Assembly (NCBI GenBank): GCA_951406725.2
Contig: OX597828.1
Location: 33,232,001-33,296,000, forward strand
Direction of reading: 5' to 3'
DNA: 64,000 nucleotides
DNA from: Octopus vulgaris
Lineage: Eukaryota
Position numbers and translations under genes: made by a program. How positions within the stretch are numbered: the first letter of the stretch is position 1; each line of letters begins with the position of its first letter. Under the pieces are notes generated by a model. That model had not been told where the DNA came from. It made no database searches and worked only from the letters and a program-made list of their open reading frames with translations. Shown here one piece after another: positions 12,070-27,664 of this stretch.

Positions 12070-13713
12070 GAAAGAAACGGGTGGAGTCTTCTTGTGGTCT
12101 CATAATGATACATCTAGTGATGGTGTCAAAATAAAAACACTGGTAATTGCGCAATCTGATAATCGCTACCTCATATGAGTGACAATGAAAAAACAAAATA
12201 TTGTGAATAACGGTGGTAATGAAACTGAAGCCAACGATGGTGACAGTGTTACACCCGGTAGGCTCAGAGATTCTGGTCCGCCTCCAGCCTGTCGATATCC
12301 AGAAAGGGATCACCACACACGGCGTAGATGGAGCAAACAAATTAATGCTGTGGTCATGGAGTGTTACTACCTGAGCAACCCGGTAGATGAAAATGGTGCT
12401 CAAATTAGGAGTTACCAACAACGTATGTATGATTATTGGAGAGAAAAAGGGATTGTTTCAACTCACGGAACAGAGACTATGTGATCAAGCTAGAGCAATA
12501 AGAAAAAATTGTTGGTTCACAAAAGTAGAGCTAGAAGCTATCAATCAAAGGACGGGTCATGGACAATAGCAGCATAGATAAGAATGAAAATGCAGATCTT
12601 ACTAATAAGAGTAATCTCATAGCACAGGAAAGGAGCAGTGGTGGTTTACTTGATGAGAGACAAATAGATGATCTAAAAGACGACGATAAAACTAATAGCG
12701 ACATGACAGATTAACAAAAGGCAATCTACGACAGAATAAAGGTAAGACTACAGGAGAACGATAGCAACATTATTTGCAACCTTAAAAAGGTCGATCGATG
12801 GAAATTGAACCAAGAAACGAAATATGCCAATGGAATTCTGAAATACGTCAGAACAAACATCACAGAAACAAATAATTTGATAAGGGCAGCAAGTATTGTT
12901 GTAGCAGAAAATGTGGGTGTTGATGTCAAGAAAAAGAAACAATGAGAGTGACAAAAGAGAAGATCCATGGTGGAAAAGAATATTCCAGGCAGGGTTAGAC
13001 ATGCTCTCGAAGGAAATCTCTGTGTTAGACCGAAAAGAGAAAGGGAGGCTTAAAAGCGAAAAAAAAGGAAGCATAATATTGAAAGAAGGGGCCTGAAATT
13101 AGTTGTAGAGGAACTGAACCAGCACCTCGTTGCAAAGAAAGCAAAGATGGTAAGATACGACCAAAGAATGAAGGGTTACCTCCGGAATAGGTTATTCAAA
13201 GTAGATCAGAAGAGATTCTATAAAGAAATAAATGGAGGGTATACAGATGAAAATTGATACCAGATAATTGAAAGTCAAATGTTTTGGAGGGACATTTAGA
13301 GAAAAGACAAGGAGCACAAGAAGGATGCTGAATGGTTGCAAAAACTAAAACAATAATGTGTCCAAAACAGGCATAACTAGTCATTTCAGTTAGAGTAGTG
13401 AAGGAAATCAGCAAGAAAATGAGCAACTAGAAGGCCCCGGGACCAGATGGAGTTCAAAGCTACTGGATCAAAAGATTTGGTGAATGTCATGCACGAATAG
13501 CTGCGCAACTCACCATCTTGTTAAATGCCGACCAAGCAACACCAGAGTGGTTGACATTGGGTAGGACAGTGCTGTGAATGAAAAACATCGAAAAAGGCAA
13601 TACGGTAGATAATTGCAGGTCGATATCCTGTTTGCCACTTATGTGGAAGTTATTGACGAGAATACTCGCAGATTCAATGTACGAACATCCAGAAAAAAAT
13701 GGAGCCACTGCCA
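12070..13713 (+). mobile_element. R4/Dong-clade non-LTR retrotransposon, 5' half (decayed)
   Basis: [87 protein letters not shown]. Preceded by (TAA)n. Confidence 0.9.
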
Positions 13714-13717
13714 TAAT

Positions 13718-14199
13718 CCATTAACACATTAAAACACCGGACCGGCATTGGCCCCTTCATCAGGAAAAATATACATGTTCACCAATGAGGTTTCACATTC
13801 TTGTAAGTGTAACTATATTTTTAATGACATTACAAACGTTACTTTGTTGCCTCTATCAGTTAACTAATACTGGAGTGGTGTTTATGGGTGCTGGCGTATA
13901 AGTAATGGCAGATTTTAAAGTTGATTTCTTCTTATATAGTTACTTCTTCGTGCACACATCGGCGTAGCAATGAAACAATTTCACAATCACCTTCTCAAAC
14001 ATTATAAATCCCCCATTACTACTCTAAAATACTAAAATACGCAGGAGTGGCAGTGTGGTAAGTAGCTTGTTTACCAACCACATGGTTCCGGGTTCAGTCC
14101 CACTGCGTGGCATCTTGAACAAGTGTCTTCTACTATAGCCTCGGGCCGACCAGAGCCTTGTGAGTGGATTTAGTAGACGGAAACTGAAAGAAGCCTGTC

Positions 14200-14250
<51 letters not shown>

Positions 14251-14900
14251 TGTGTGTTTGTGTGTCTGTGTTTGTCCCCTTAGCATTGCTTGACAACCGA
14301 TGCTGGTGTGTTTATGTCCCCGTTACTTAGCGGTTCGGTAAAAGAGACCGATAGAATAAGTACTGGGCTTACAAAAGAATAAGTCCCGGGGTCGAGTTGC
14401 TCGATTAAGGGCGGTGCTCCAGCATGGCCGCAGTCAAAGGACTGAAACAAGTAAAAGAGTAAAGACTAATAACTACACCACTCTCTAAATATATGTGGGA
14501 TAATAGTGATAAAGAAGGTGGCAGAACGATTTTAAACATCAAACATGTGTTTATTGTTATTTTGATCGATTTGTTTCGAATTCCGCGGAAAGAAGTTCAA
14601 GACAATTCTATTTCTTTTTTATTTTATGTATTTAGGCAAAACGCTCTCCAGCACTGCAATGTATCCCTCGTGCTTTTCATCAATGTAATACGTGGAATTC
14701 AAGGAAATTTGGCACAAAATACAAGCTGGTCGAATAACTACGCACGGCTCCCTGGAAGGCTCTTCAAATTTGATCGTAAACGTTGCACATAACTACATCA
14801 GTAAATTTCACGATAATTTAGGAGTGGTATGCTGCAAACTGCATTCTCATCACCGAATAATGAATACAGAAAAGAAAATAATACCCTCTATCCGACAGAA
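13718..14900 (+). mobile_element. Possible highly decayed piggyBac remnant interrupted by a SINE
   Basis: TTAA-cacatt at the left edge. Peptides MWDNSDKEGGRTI, AFHQCNTWNSRKFGTK and NYISKFHDNLG weakly echo piggyBac motifs. Confidence 0.3.
14040..14464 (+). mobile_element. SINE family A, full length
   Basis: Near-identical to 4604-5050. Confidence 0.92.
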
Positions 14901-15178
14901 TCAGATGTTCTAACATTGACGCTAATTGGAATTTATTTTATCAAACTAAATGAATTCTCCCGAGGCAAAAGAATGCGACTGCATCCGGTTGCCTTGTCAC
15001 CTGTCCGCCATTTTCGTTCTCACATTTCAATTCTGCTTAATATCAATCGACAATCACTAACAACTAGCATAACTGTGTGGATTTACTTACACAGTTAAGC
15101 ATACATATGCTCATACAACACATTACATAGACGTGTGTGTGTATATAGATATATGTATGTATGTATAGATAGATAGAC

Positions 15179-15241
<63 letters not shown>

Positions 15242-17496
15242 CAGAGAGACAGACAGACAGAAATAAATACATTTTTGTGCTTGTATGTATATATATGTGT
15301 GTGTGTGTGTCTGTGTGTGTGTGTATTTACATGCATATATACATTTTCATGCATAAAAATACACACACACACATATATATATATATATACGCACATTTGT
15401 ATTTATTTATAAATATTCATTTATATACATTTATACACGTATAAAATACACACACATGCACACACACACACATACACACGTACACACATGCTGACATATA
15501 CACACACATACACACACACATATTTGCTTTCGTATGCATGCATAAAGCTACAATGATAAAGAAATAAGAACGAGGAAAATTACAACCACTTAAAAGAATT
15601 CATACATAAATAATTAGGCATGATTATTCATACACATATTATAGATATCAAATTTTCATGCATTCATTACTTCATATAAAGTTACACGATTCTAATATAA
15701 AACCCGATGCAGCGACCGTTTGTCCATATCCTCTGGGAAAGCTTTCTGAACAGAAGCGTGTGGTGAGAGAGGACCATGTATATTTTATATAGGACTATGT
15801 AGAAAGTTACGGTGTGCCTGAAGGAAAGTAGAAATTTAAATGCAACTGTATGTGATCAGTAGATTTCCTGTGTGAAATGTTTGAAGTTAGCGTTTACACA
15901 GAGAATATTTATGGGTAAAAAGAAACAGGGTGATGTGTATAGCTACAGTATAGTCAGACGCTTCTGAACTGCAAAGTTTTATTTTAATACCAATAACATA
16001 ATAAACATCTCGACTATAAGATATGTGTATATATTTATGATGGCTTCTAAGAAGCAACATTCTTTGCTTGCTGCTTGTACAATGTTGTTCGTTTATTTTT
16101 ATATTTGTGTCTGTGTGTGTGTATGTGTTCAGAAGAGTGAGTGTGCGAATGTGAGTGTGTGAATGTGTGTTAATAGTTATGTAAAAGCTGTGGTTTTATC
16201 GTACGTTCATTCTTACCTTTGAAGAGATACACAAATGTATAGCAACAACTACGCCGTTGTCAGGTATTGCCTCATTAATAAAAGAAATATTAAGTCTGCA
16301 TATATAATGTACTGAATACATTTTGAGTTATGGTTTACTGGAAAATATTTCGATATATATATATATGTGGGGCGGTCGAGTTGTATGTGTAAGTGTGTAT
16401 GTGTGTGTGTGTGTGCAGGTGCGTGTAATATTAATATATATATATATATATATATACATATACATGTATTCATACAAGCATGTATGTGTGTGTATATATA
16501 TTTGTATAAATATGTATGTATACAGATGCGAGGATGTAGATTGAGTAGGAGAGAGAGAGAAATATTTCGGTAAATTATGTCGATATATTTCTTAAAGATT
16601 CCCTAGACCAGGTGTTCTTCGATGGCATTTCTCTGTTGAAATAGTATGGGAACTACGAAAGGACGGCAAGAAATTTTATATAATGGCTACTTAGATGAAT
16701 AATCAGTCACTCCATAAATATAAGACAGCCACTAAATTATGAAGGAATCAAGATTTATATTATGCATACATGTGTGTGGGAAACCTTTAAAGCAAGCGTG
16801 GTATACATATAACACCAAGCAGTGCTGAGATAAATGAAAACTTATATAACAGCTCCTGAATGGGAACTGGTAGCTCCGGTGTAGGAAGTGAGATTTATGA
16901 AGGAACTTTGCCGACCGTGTAAAAAAGTAAAATAGGCAGATAAACACAAATAGACGTAATGAATGCAATTTACAAAGAATACAAATAAAATAGAATGATT
17001 TAATATTCTTATCTTGACAGCTGTTTCGGATAAACCATGACTTGTTCCATAACCGCGTCTAGTATGCAATAAAGACCCCTAATATCGAAGCTGTGTGGAA
17101 TACACGAACTCTGATAGAACAGTGAGTCGAAATATTATCATCGGAAAATTCTAAGTAATAACAGAATATTTTCGCTATTAGCCATCTTCTTAACTGGATG
17201 ATATGTTTTTGTTTCACTGAGCTATAAATTTCGTGTTAATCCATACACCCTTGGCATTCTGGATCTTTATTACATAATAGAGATGGTCATGATACGACTT
17301 ATCTTAACACCTTCTTTTTTCTGTAATAGGTGTTAAGATAAGAAAATTATATTATTTTATTCGTTCAGTTGTATTCCGTGTAAAACACACATTACGCCTT
17401 CTTGTTTATTTACCTCTATTACTTTTCTAAATGTGTGTGTGTGTGTGTGTGTGTGTGCATATATATACATATCGATATATGTGCATATATGTGAGC

Positions 17497-17615
<119 letters not shown>

Positions 17616-18939
17616 TAAAAGTACATCTTTAAATTTCTGGTGAAACTCAGTGTTATGCCTGCTGCATTTAACTCAGTCATCCTGTTCCAATGCAAAATAA
17701 ACCATTCTCATTTGCATAACAATCACCATATTGTTTTTGTTGTTGTTATTAGTGTTTAATTCTAGACAACTCGATGGCTTCAATTGTGACCATCCCATCT
17801 CATTTTAAATTATTGAAATTCTTCAACGAAAATATCAACTTTTTTTTAAAGATCTTATAAAAATATAGGACATCATTCAGATTTTATGACCATGAGTGTC
17901 CAATATTTCAATCAACTAAGTAATCTTACTGAATTTGTGTCAAAGTGGCAGAGTATTCCGCACACGCCCACAACATTAAATTACACAAGCTATCCGATGT
18001 GCTTTCATACACTTTTCGCCAACCCAATTTCATTCACAAAGTACAGGTAGACCCGAAACTATAAAAAATAATACCACAAGAAATCACGTAGCAAGAGCTC
18101 AAGATAACGAAACCAAGACCTCGCGATTACAAAGCTGACTTCTTAAGCATCCAGCTGCTATTTTCACAAGGTCAAACGTACGTAAATTGCATTTGCCTAG
18201 TTGCAAATGCTGACATTTAGAGTGGATCATTTTAAATATGTGTCTGTCAGAGTTTGTTTATTCTTGTTGCTTAATCTTAAAAGAACTTTACTACGTGTAA
18301 CACATAACAATGGACGTCTTTCAGCCTGATGAAATATTAATTACAACTGCAACAGTTTTAACAGCAAAGTGTTATTATAAGGTTCAATACTTTAGCTACT
18401 TGAATTTGTAGTCTAGAATATAGCCGTTTCTGCCATTTCGTAAATCTGATAAAACAGGTGATATTAACAATGTAGAGTGTACCAAAACAAGGAGACATAA
18501 TATGCAAATCAAAACAAACTGTATTTACTTATATATACTATGCTAATAAGAATTGTTTATATTCAGTTGCATCAGCAATTTTCGTTTTCTAAAGTATGCT
18601 GTAAGAAACATGCTGGCTGTTTTGTTTAATAAGCTCTGTTTGTTTATTCTGCTAGTAACCTGCTCGATATATGAAGAACAACATAGGGAAACAAACATAC
18701 GGAAATTGTTTTGTTTTCGGTAAGTGTGCTATTTTATGGCAGCTACATTCCGTTGTGCTGCAACTCAGAATTACTAATCACAAGAATCTGAGCTTGCTCT
18801 TACTACACCTTGTATAGACTATTAGTTGTTAGTTTCATTTCTTATATATACTCGACTCATTAAACGGGGAGGCGCCATCAACGCTCTAATGTATCTGGTG
18901 ATATTTGCCGGTCTTATCGTGATCTATAACTTTTTCCAA

Positions 18940-19135
18940 TATAAGCGCAAGGTTTGAAATTTGGTGTGACAGGGTCGTCGATTACATTAACTCCAGTACA
19001 TCACTGGTACTTGTGGTATCGACCCCCAAAAGATTAAGAGAAAAGTCTATCTCGGTGAAATTTGAACTCAGAACGCAAAGCAGGAAGAAATACAGTTAAG
19101 TATTTTGACCGGTACGTTAACAATTCAACCAGCTC
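18940..19135 (-). mobile_element. SINE family D, diverged
   Basis: Reverse complement resembles 48722-48955 (gagttcaaatt, ggggtcgata, gtaccag, taatcgac). Confidence 0.7.
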
Positions 19136-20017
19136 ACTAGCTTTTTTTATTTTGATATAGAACAACATTAAATTTATAAGGAGAATTAAATGGTATCTCA
19201 TAACGGTGGATATATTTTAAACGCAAGAATCTAGGATTTCAAAATGTACAATTTTTAAGGAGAGTGTATAATATAGAACCATAATACATGCCTTATCATT
19301 ATGAAGCATTTCATATCGATTCGTTTTACTTTCTGAATTTTACTGATATACATTTTACCAGATCCAGGAGTATGAAAGACAGAATTGAATCTGGAGAGAT
19401 TTAAGATCCCGCCACTTCCTTTTCTTACATTTCACTGACCTCTGCGTTTATTCACATCGCATTTTATCTTTTACTTGCTTCAGTCACTGGACTGCGGCCC
19501 CATACTGGAGCACCACAGTCTTGAAGGGTTTTTGACAGACAAGTTTCATAACACACCACCAAACTCGTACCTACATGATGAAGTATATAAAATGTTAAAA
19601 CATCATGGGTCTTGAAGTTAATACAAAAAACACATTTACTATACAACTCTTTAAATTCCTGTAAAATACCCATTTAGATTAAATTTGTTATTGATTTATT
19701 CTTGATTTCACTTAGCTTATTAGTATGAGATAATTAAACGGTAGCTATTACTTATAATAAAGATTTTTAACATTGATTTTAGGTAAAGAAAGTTCGTGGT
19801 CGATTTAATCGGTTATAGAACTTGGCTGATAGTTATTTATTTATTCCCATAGGCATGACAAAAACCTCTACGGTAGTATTTGGATCTAAGCTGATCATAT
19901 GGGACGTATATAAAGAACTTAAATCTATGTGATCCTGTACTACATGTCGATAATGTAAATGGAAGTGAAGCAGGTCTTCCAGCCACACTAAGGTTAGAGT
20001 TAGGCATGGGTGTATGG

Positions 20018-20185
20018 TTAGGTGCAAGTATGGCTGTAGGTTAAGAAACTTGTTCTGCAACCATATGGTTATGGGCCCAGTGCCAATGCGAGGCACCTCG
20101 GGTAAATTTTGTTTTCTATAGTCAGGGACCGTTCAATACCTTGTGAATAAAATTGGTAGACGGAAATGGTGCGGAAACACTTCTT
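20018..20185 (+). mobile_element. SINE family A head, diverged
   Basis: ggtgcaagtatggctgtagg...ggtagacggaaa aligns to the family A head. Confidence 0.7.
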
Positions 20186-20276
20186 GTATATATATATATA
20201 TACATAAAGAGAGAGAGAAAGAGAGAGAGACAAGGAGAGAGAGACACAGAGAGAGACTGAGAGACAGAGACAGAGA

Positions 20277-20545
20277 GACCCCCCTTCGGTCATGAATGAC
20301 CATGGGATTGCACCTAGAAAGTTACCCTCCGAGGCACAAGTCCGGGCAAGGTTGTTTGTGGGAGGCCAGCAGTCACCCATGCATACCAGCCTCCCCTCTC
20401 CACACAACTGATATTGCAACTCATTTCTACAACGTGAAATAAAGTGTCTTGCTCAAGAACACAACACGCGGCCCGGTCCGAGAATCGAACTCACAACCTC
20501 ACGATCGTAAGCTCGACGCTCTAACGACTGAATCATGTGCCTTCA
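20277..20545 (-). mobile_element. tRNA-derived SINE family C
   Basis: Head on minus strand with cagtcgttagagcgtcg and GAGTTCGATTC, then gttcttgagcaagacactt, and a distinct GC-rich tail ending gaccgaagggggtctc. Confidence 0.8.
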
Positions 20546-21499
20546 CGTGTGTGTGTATATATATATCATATATATATATATATACATACACAAAGAGAGA
20601 AAGAGGGGGAGAGCGAAAGGAAGTTATGATGCAGATAAGCAAATAAAGCCACTTGGACAAGGTATATATCATGTGATAAATATATATTTATGCATTAAGA
20701 GAACAAGTTTACACACTGTACAAAGACACCGAAAAAGAAAGGGGAGAAGTTATGCTATATCAGGTCCGACAGCTGTTTCTGGGGGCTCGGATTTACGTAA
20801 TAGTAATAATATTGGCAGATGCTGTTTGCAAAATATCGAGAATATGTAACCGGTGGATGATGAATATAAACATTCGGTGAACCGGTCTTCAAATGATAAT
20901 GCAGGGAAATTCAAAGATAAAGCAGGCGAAGAGGAAGGCCAACAGAAATAAGTCAAAGGACGAACTAGGCAACTCAAGTAGAGGGGGGCAGTGTTGAAGC
21001 AAGGAAGAGAAAGAAGAGACAGAAATGTTAGAGCAAGAAGATGAGGGCGGAAGGGACCAAGGTATAGAAATGAGTGGAAGTGGTGAGTCGGGAGACGAGT
21101 GAGAAGGAGGGAGATGGGTAGTATTGGGAAGAGGAATTAGTCAGGATTTCCAGTCTTCTTATGCTATGAATGATCACACTAAGTGAAGGACTGAAACCAA
21201 ATTTCGCAAACCGTCTCATTCACTTTACTATTGCAGTTTCTCCTATTCCATTGCACTTATCAAACAGTAATATTGATTTCTGACATTGGCGCAATATAAT
21301 ATATTGGGGTGTAAATGATTAATTAGTCAAGAGTTCATGAATGGCACTCAATTTCTTGAAAGTATGAAAAGCAAAATCGAATTGAATCCAGAATTTTGAT
21401 TTAACTAAATACTACAAGACATTTGATCCAACTTTCTCCTGCATAAATCATAACATTCTACTCTCTGTCTCCTCTCCTGCTCAGTAAAACCCCAGATAT

Positions 21500-22442
21500 T
21501 ATTGGGTTTACCAAAAAGTTCTAATGCTTTTTTCCTCTCAGGATGCATAGTCATTTGAAACCGATCACGTTTTTTTTGCTTTGCTCATGCGTATTCGTTA
21601 AATACCCGACACACTAAGGTAGTTCGACGCGTTGAGTGCTTGAGATCACCATGAATATAAAGAGTCATAACACATACGATAGAAATGTCATTTTTTTTTT
21701 CATTAAAAAAAACGCCAAAAATTCAAGTGAAAACTGCAGGAAAATGTGTAGTGTTTGCGGAGAGGATGCCATTACGGAACGTGTGTGCCAGAAGTGCTGT
21801 TTCAAGTTTTCGATCAGGAGCTTTTCCCATTCAAGTTGCACTTCGCTCTGGATGGCCAACTGAGATTAGCAGCAACAACGAGAAGGAGCTAGTTAATACT
21901 AGCCCCAGTTATACGACCAGCACGATCGCAGATGTTCCCGAAAGCATCCAAATGGAGAGTTTATATTGCACAGCAATTGAATTAGGAGAGCTTAGCTCAA
22001 TGAATGTTCATCTGCGATTCTTTGCAGATGCGTGAAGGAAATGACCCTTCTCTGAAGAGAACGGTAAACTGGTCGAAAATGGAATTGCAAACGATCATGA
22101 ATAAGCGTGGCGAACCACCACAAACATTCCCCAGAAGAGGATTTCGCTAAAAGAAGGGCATGCTTTCAAATTGATATGATTGGAAGGTTGTTTTCACGAG
22201 GTTTTTTCCACAAACAGAATCATCGATACGGATTTGTACTGTGACAATCTTGAACAGGTTAAAGATGACGATCCACCAAGCGCGTCATAAAACTTTCTAA
22301 CTGTAAGGATCTTGGGGTTCATCACAGTGCTTGACTGCACACGCAGCAGATGTTGATGGGGCCCGGAGAGAAAACATTGCCTCAGTTTCCATATAAGCCA
22401 GGCCTTGCATCATCAGGTTTCCACCTGTTTCGAGCTCTTCAG
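21500..22442 (+). mobile_element. Mariner transposase pseudogene
   Basis: TIR-like ta-ttgggtttaccaaaaagttc. CSVCGEDAITERVCQK, LRSGWPTE, IDTDLYC and PYKPGLASSGFHLFRAL (YSPDLAPSDFHLF homologue). Confidence 0.88.
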
Positions 22443-23289
22443 GTGGTGTGCCGACCCGAGGCCATTAGGTTGATTCGTCACATCTCAATTAATCAGAGTC
22501 GTTCATGGTTAAAATAATCCATAACATTTTAGATGTCCCTCGAACTTGCATCAGGTAAAGAAAGTGTTGTATATAGACATAGGTGTAACCGCTCTCATAA
22601 TGTCTTATAAGATAACCATAATTTCGCTCCTCTCCAAGATATGTGACTGCGTGTGGCTTGCAGTAGTGTATTTGTCTGACAATCATGAGTTCGGGTGTTC
22701 GATTCGTGGACAGGGCGGTACGTTACATTTTTGAGCAAGGTATTTCTTTTCAAGTTGCTCAAATCAGATCCGTTGGAATGATTACAAAGTTTGATGTTTC
22801 AGTTTTCTCTCTCCTCCCCTCTCTTTCGTGCTGCTTTTATCGCTTTCTCCCTCTCTTTATCTCCCTCTCCCTATCTCTGTCCATTTGCTCTCGCTCCTTT
22901 CTTCCTAGATGCTATATCTTCGATGATATGCTATTTGGATGGAGGCATGTGGGCATCTATGATACTATAAATTACATAGGGGTCTAAACTAGCAAACTGA
23001 TAGTACATGCTGCCAAATCTTACACACTCGAGGGTAACGATTATGGTTCAAATCCAATCGGACTATTTTCCTTTTCATCCGTCTGAAATCGAATACATAA
23101 TGGCCATTTATATACGATGGGGAACAATGCGTATCTAAATTTCCATCGCATCTCTGGGATTGCTTGTAGTTCTGAAGACATACAAACTTGGATTATAGTC
23201 ATATTATCAATAGCAAGCACAGACACATTCATAAACTCGAGACACACACACATATACAGGCACGCACGCACACGCACGCTTACACGCGC

Positions 23290-23326
<37 letters not shown>

Positions 23327-24070
23327 ATCGATATGCGGGCGTCATATAAACACTCAACTAAATAATCAGAGAACTTCAAAAGGAAAAAAAAATATACGAT
23401 TCCTCTGGATTAATAGGATTAGTTCGATTATCAGTAATGTTACGCTAATTTACCCTGAAACGTCGTATTAATTAAACTCGTCTAAAAGATTTCTCTATTG
23501 ATGCAATGAAATCCTTCTAGCGAAGATTCGGGCTTTGCGTATTGGCTTTTGATAATTCTTCATTCCATTCTCCTGCACTCCCAGACTAAAGTCTCTTATT
23601 CGAGACAATCGCTTCAAACAATCTGGTGGACGTTGTTTTTACTGACTTTTTCAGTCTATAACGTTTATCTCAAAGATCTTAAACACAATGGCTAATGTTG
23701 CAGCTTTGGCAAAGAGACTTTTAATATTAAATACAAAATGGTGATTAGAAGAGATATCTCTCTCTCTATCAGTCTGTCAGTCTCATTCGCATACTCGCGC
23801 TCTCTCCCTCCCCCTCTCTCTCTCCACATCTTTATACATACATGTGTGTGTGTGTATCTCTAAGAATATTCGTGTACTTATATATACATATATATATATA
23901 TATATGCGAGTGTATATACATATGTGTGTGTGCGTGTATATATATGTGTGTGCGTGTATATATCTATATATCTTTCTATATCTATATCTAACTATATATA
24001 TACGTATATGTGTTTATATATCTCTATATATTTATGTATACGCGTATGTATATTTGTGGGTATGTCTTTG

Positions 24071-24117
<47 letters not shown>

Positions 24118-24150
24118 TAATTACATACATATATGTGTGTGTGTGTATCG

Positions 24151-24182
<32 letters not shown>

Positions 24183-24517
24183 AAACAGAGAGCAAAAGAG
24201 AAGAGAGAGAAAGAGAGTGAGAGAGAGAGTGACCGGAGAGCTGTATATGACCGTCAATTTTTATTGCTCCATCGATTTTCCTATGTTTTTATTGGGTGGG
24301 GTGAGTTGGCGGGATTTATACTTATTAATTACATTCAATAATAATTAAAATTTATTATAATTTAACCGTTGAACTGTGAAGCACAACAAAATGGTAATCA
24401 TCTGTGTGTGTGTGTGGTGTGTTTGAGTGTGTGTATTTGTTTGGGTGTGCGTATGCGCTTGTGTGTGTGTATATATATATATATACACATATATATATAT
24501 ACAGACATACACACATA

Positions 24518-24558
<41 letters not shown>

Positions 24559-24620
24559 TATACATACATATACACACATATACATATATATATATATAAT
24601 ATATATATAGAGAGAGAGAG

Positions 24621-24665
<45 letters not shown>

Positions 24666-25374
24666 GATATACATATACATCACATACATGTATACCTATA
24701 TATATATATATATATATATTATGTGTGTATGTAATTATGATTATGTATTTATGTATGTATGTATGTTTGTATGTATGTATGTATGTATGCATGTATGTAT
24801 GTATGTATGTATGTATGTATGCATGTATGTATGTATGTATGTCATGTTTGTATGTATGTATGTATGTATGCATGTATGTATGTATGTATGTATATATGTA
24901 TGTATGTATGTATGTTTGTATGTATGTATGCATGTATGTATGCAGGAATATAAATAATTCTGTCTTGCTGGATCCCTTTCAGTGTCACAGCGAGTTTCAG
25001 TTTAATTATAAAATCAAGTTATTAAATCAGAAGAGGCAATATGAGAGATATAATGTTAATTAGGTCTATCATGGCAGCTGACATTTTCGAGTTGAAAATA
25101 CAGTGGGTGGTAGAAAACGGAGGTATTCGCAGATATGTTTTCTTCTAAATTCAAAATGACAAGGCTAGAGTGGAGAATAAAGCAAGAATGAACAGGACGT
25201 CAAGAGAGAGTAAACGTTGAAAGGAATACTTTGACTGTACGTACGGAGATGGAATTTTTTTTTGCTTTTATTTCCTTTTTTGTTTCTCTTTTGTTTTTGT
25301 TTTTAAGCGATACAAACGTTCACGATTTTTTTTTTTCAATTCTTTAGCTCATTTTCTGTGGCTTCCAGTTGTTG

Positions 25375-25436
<62 letters not shown>

Positions 25437-25438
<2 letters not shown>

Positions 25439-25629
25439 GATTATCATAACATCAAAAGATACCTTAGGAATGAGAACCCAGGTTCGAAATTTCCTGAAGT
25501 CACCTGATGAAGGCTGGAGAGTATATCAGCTGAAACGTTGTGTTAACAACAAACAGGATGAGGGCAAATATCAGTCAAATGTAAATAACGTAAATAATTC
25601 CTCATCTCTTAAATATAGAACTTGTTTTA
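25437..25629 (+). mobile_element. Hammerhead-bearing repeat body (ribozyme 25501-25542)
   Basis: cac-CTGATGA-A-GGCTG-gagagtatat-CAGCT-GAAAC-GTT-gtg. Same family as 7402-7540. Confidence 0.85.
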
Positions 25630-25942
25630 AAAAAGGAGTATGCGGGAGTGTGTGATTTGGAGAGAGAGAGAGACAGAGAGAGAGAGACAGAGAGAGAGAC
25701 AGAGAGAGGCAGACAGACAGAGTGGCTGAAAGATAAAGAGACCGAGGGAGTATACATACATGCCCGTAGAAGGGTGTATTAAAAGAGAATTGGTGACCAT
25801 ACATTAATCTTAAGAAAAATCCAATCAGTCCTCACAACATAAGTTTAACGCTTATCCTCTTTTTGTCTATTTGTTTCAGTGAGGAGCATCGCCCTGAACG
25901 GCTCCAGTCAAACAACTCGATCCCAGAACTTGTTTAAAAAAG

Positions 25943-26097
25943 CATTATTTACATTATTTACATTATTTACATTTGACGGATATTTGTCCTCATCTTGTTT
26001 GTTGTTTACACGTTTCAACTAATATACCCTCCAGTTTTCATCAGGTGTCTTGGGGAAATTTCGAACCTGGGTACTCATTCCTAAGGTATTTTTCGAT
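25943..26097 (-). mobile_element. Hammerhead-bearing repeat body, inverted, more decayed (ribozyme about 26005-26049)
   Basis: gacac-CTGATGA-A-AACTG..TAGTT-GAAACGTG. Ends in (aatgtaaat)x3. Confidence 0.8.
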
Positions 26098-26105
26098 GTG
26101 TTTAA

Positions 26106-26174
<69 letters not shown>

Positions 26175-26278
26175 TATTATTCTATGTTTGACTTTTGCAA
26201 TCACTTGCCGGGGCACATCCAGCGCCCTAGGGCAAGTGAAGGTTAAGAGTTGTTGAAATATAGCTGAAAGCTTGGGGA

Positions 26279-26383
<105 letters not shown>

Positions 26384-26400
26384 TGTTGCTGTTGTTGTTG

Positions 26401-26446
<46 letters not shown>

Positions 26447-26465
26447 CATTATTATTATTATTATT

Positions 26466-26658
26466 ATGATTATCATAACATCAAAAGATACCTTAGGAAT
26501 GAGAACCCAGGTTCGAAATTTCCTCAAGACACCTGATGAAGGCTGGAGAGTATATCGGCTGAAACGTTGTGTTAACAACAAACATGATGAGGGCAAATAT
26601 CAGTCAAATGTAAATAACGTAAATAATTCCTCATCTCTTAAATATAGAACTTGTTTTA
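26466..26658 (+). mobile_element. Hammerhead-bearing repeat body (ribozyme 26528-26573)
   Basis: gacac-CTGATGA-A-GGCTG..CGGCT-GAAAC-GTT-gtgtt. Near-identical to 25437-25629. Confidence 0.85.
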
Positions 26659-26830
26659 CAAAGCCTGATAATATTTCTATCGGCTACTTTTTGTGGAACT
26701 TCTACGATGGGGGACGGAAACACACAGCCACCAATTGTCAAGCCATACTGGGAGACCAACACAGACCTAAACGCACACACACGCACAAGCACGCACACAC
26801 AGCATGGACGCAGTGACATGACTGAAACAG

Positions 26831-26876
<46 letters not shown>

Positions 26877-26884
<8 letters not shown>

Positions 26885-27184
26885 ATCACGTGACCGACCA
26901 GTCCATCAGATGTAGTTACACATCGCTGGTCACAATGCGTTCGCATTGTTTTAGCCTTCGAATGACGCCACCCCGCTGGCTAAACGAGCAGGCCAACAGA
27001 AGAAAGAGTGGGAGAAAGAGTGGTGAAAGAGTACAGCAGGGATCACCACCCCCTGCCGGAGCCTCGTGGAGCTTTTCAGGTGTTTTCGCTCAATAAACAC
27101 TCACAACGCCCGGTCTGGGAATCGAAACCACGATCCTACGACCGCGAGTCCGCTGCCCTAACCGCTGGGCCATTGCGCCTCCAC
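26877..27184 (-). mobile_element. tRNA-derived SINE family B, full length
   Basis: Head gtggaggcgcaaTGGCCCAGCGG...GTTTCGATTCC, tail cacgtgatcacgtgat. Confidence 0.92.
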
Positions 27185-27201
27185 ACACATGTATATATAT
27201 A

Positions 27202-27616
<415 letters not shown>

Positions 27617-27664
27617 GTGTGTGCGTGTATATATGCATAAAATGCTAGTATATAGCTTTTAAGT

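Noticed and set aside
14615-14700. Possible host exon after a pyrimidine-rich AG acceptor
   Set aside because: Weak donor, no partner exons, and the peptide fits a decayed transposase at least as well.
19985-20025. Telomere-like ggttag repeats
   Set aside because: Only two or three degenerate units, adjoining a SINE head.
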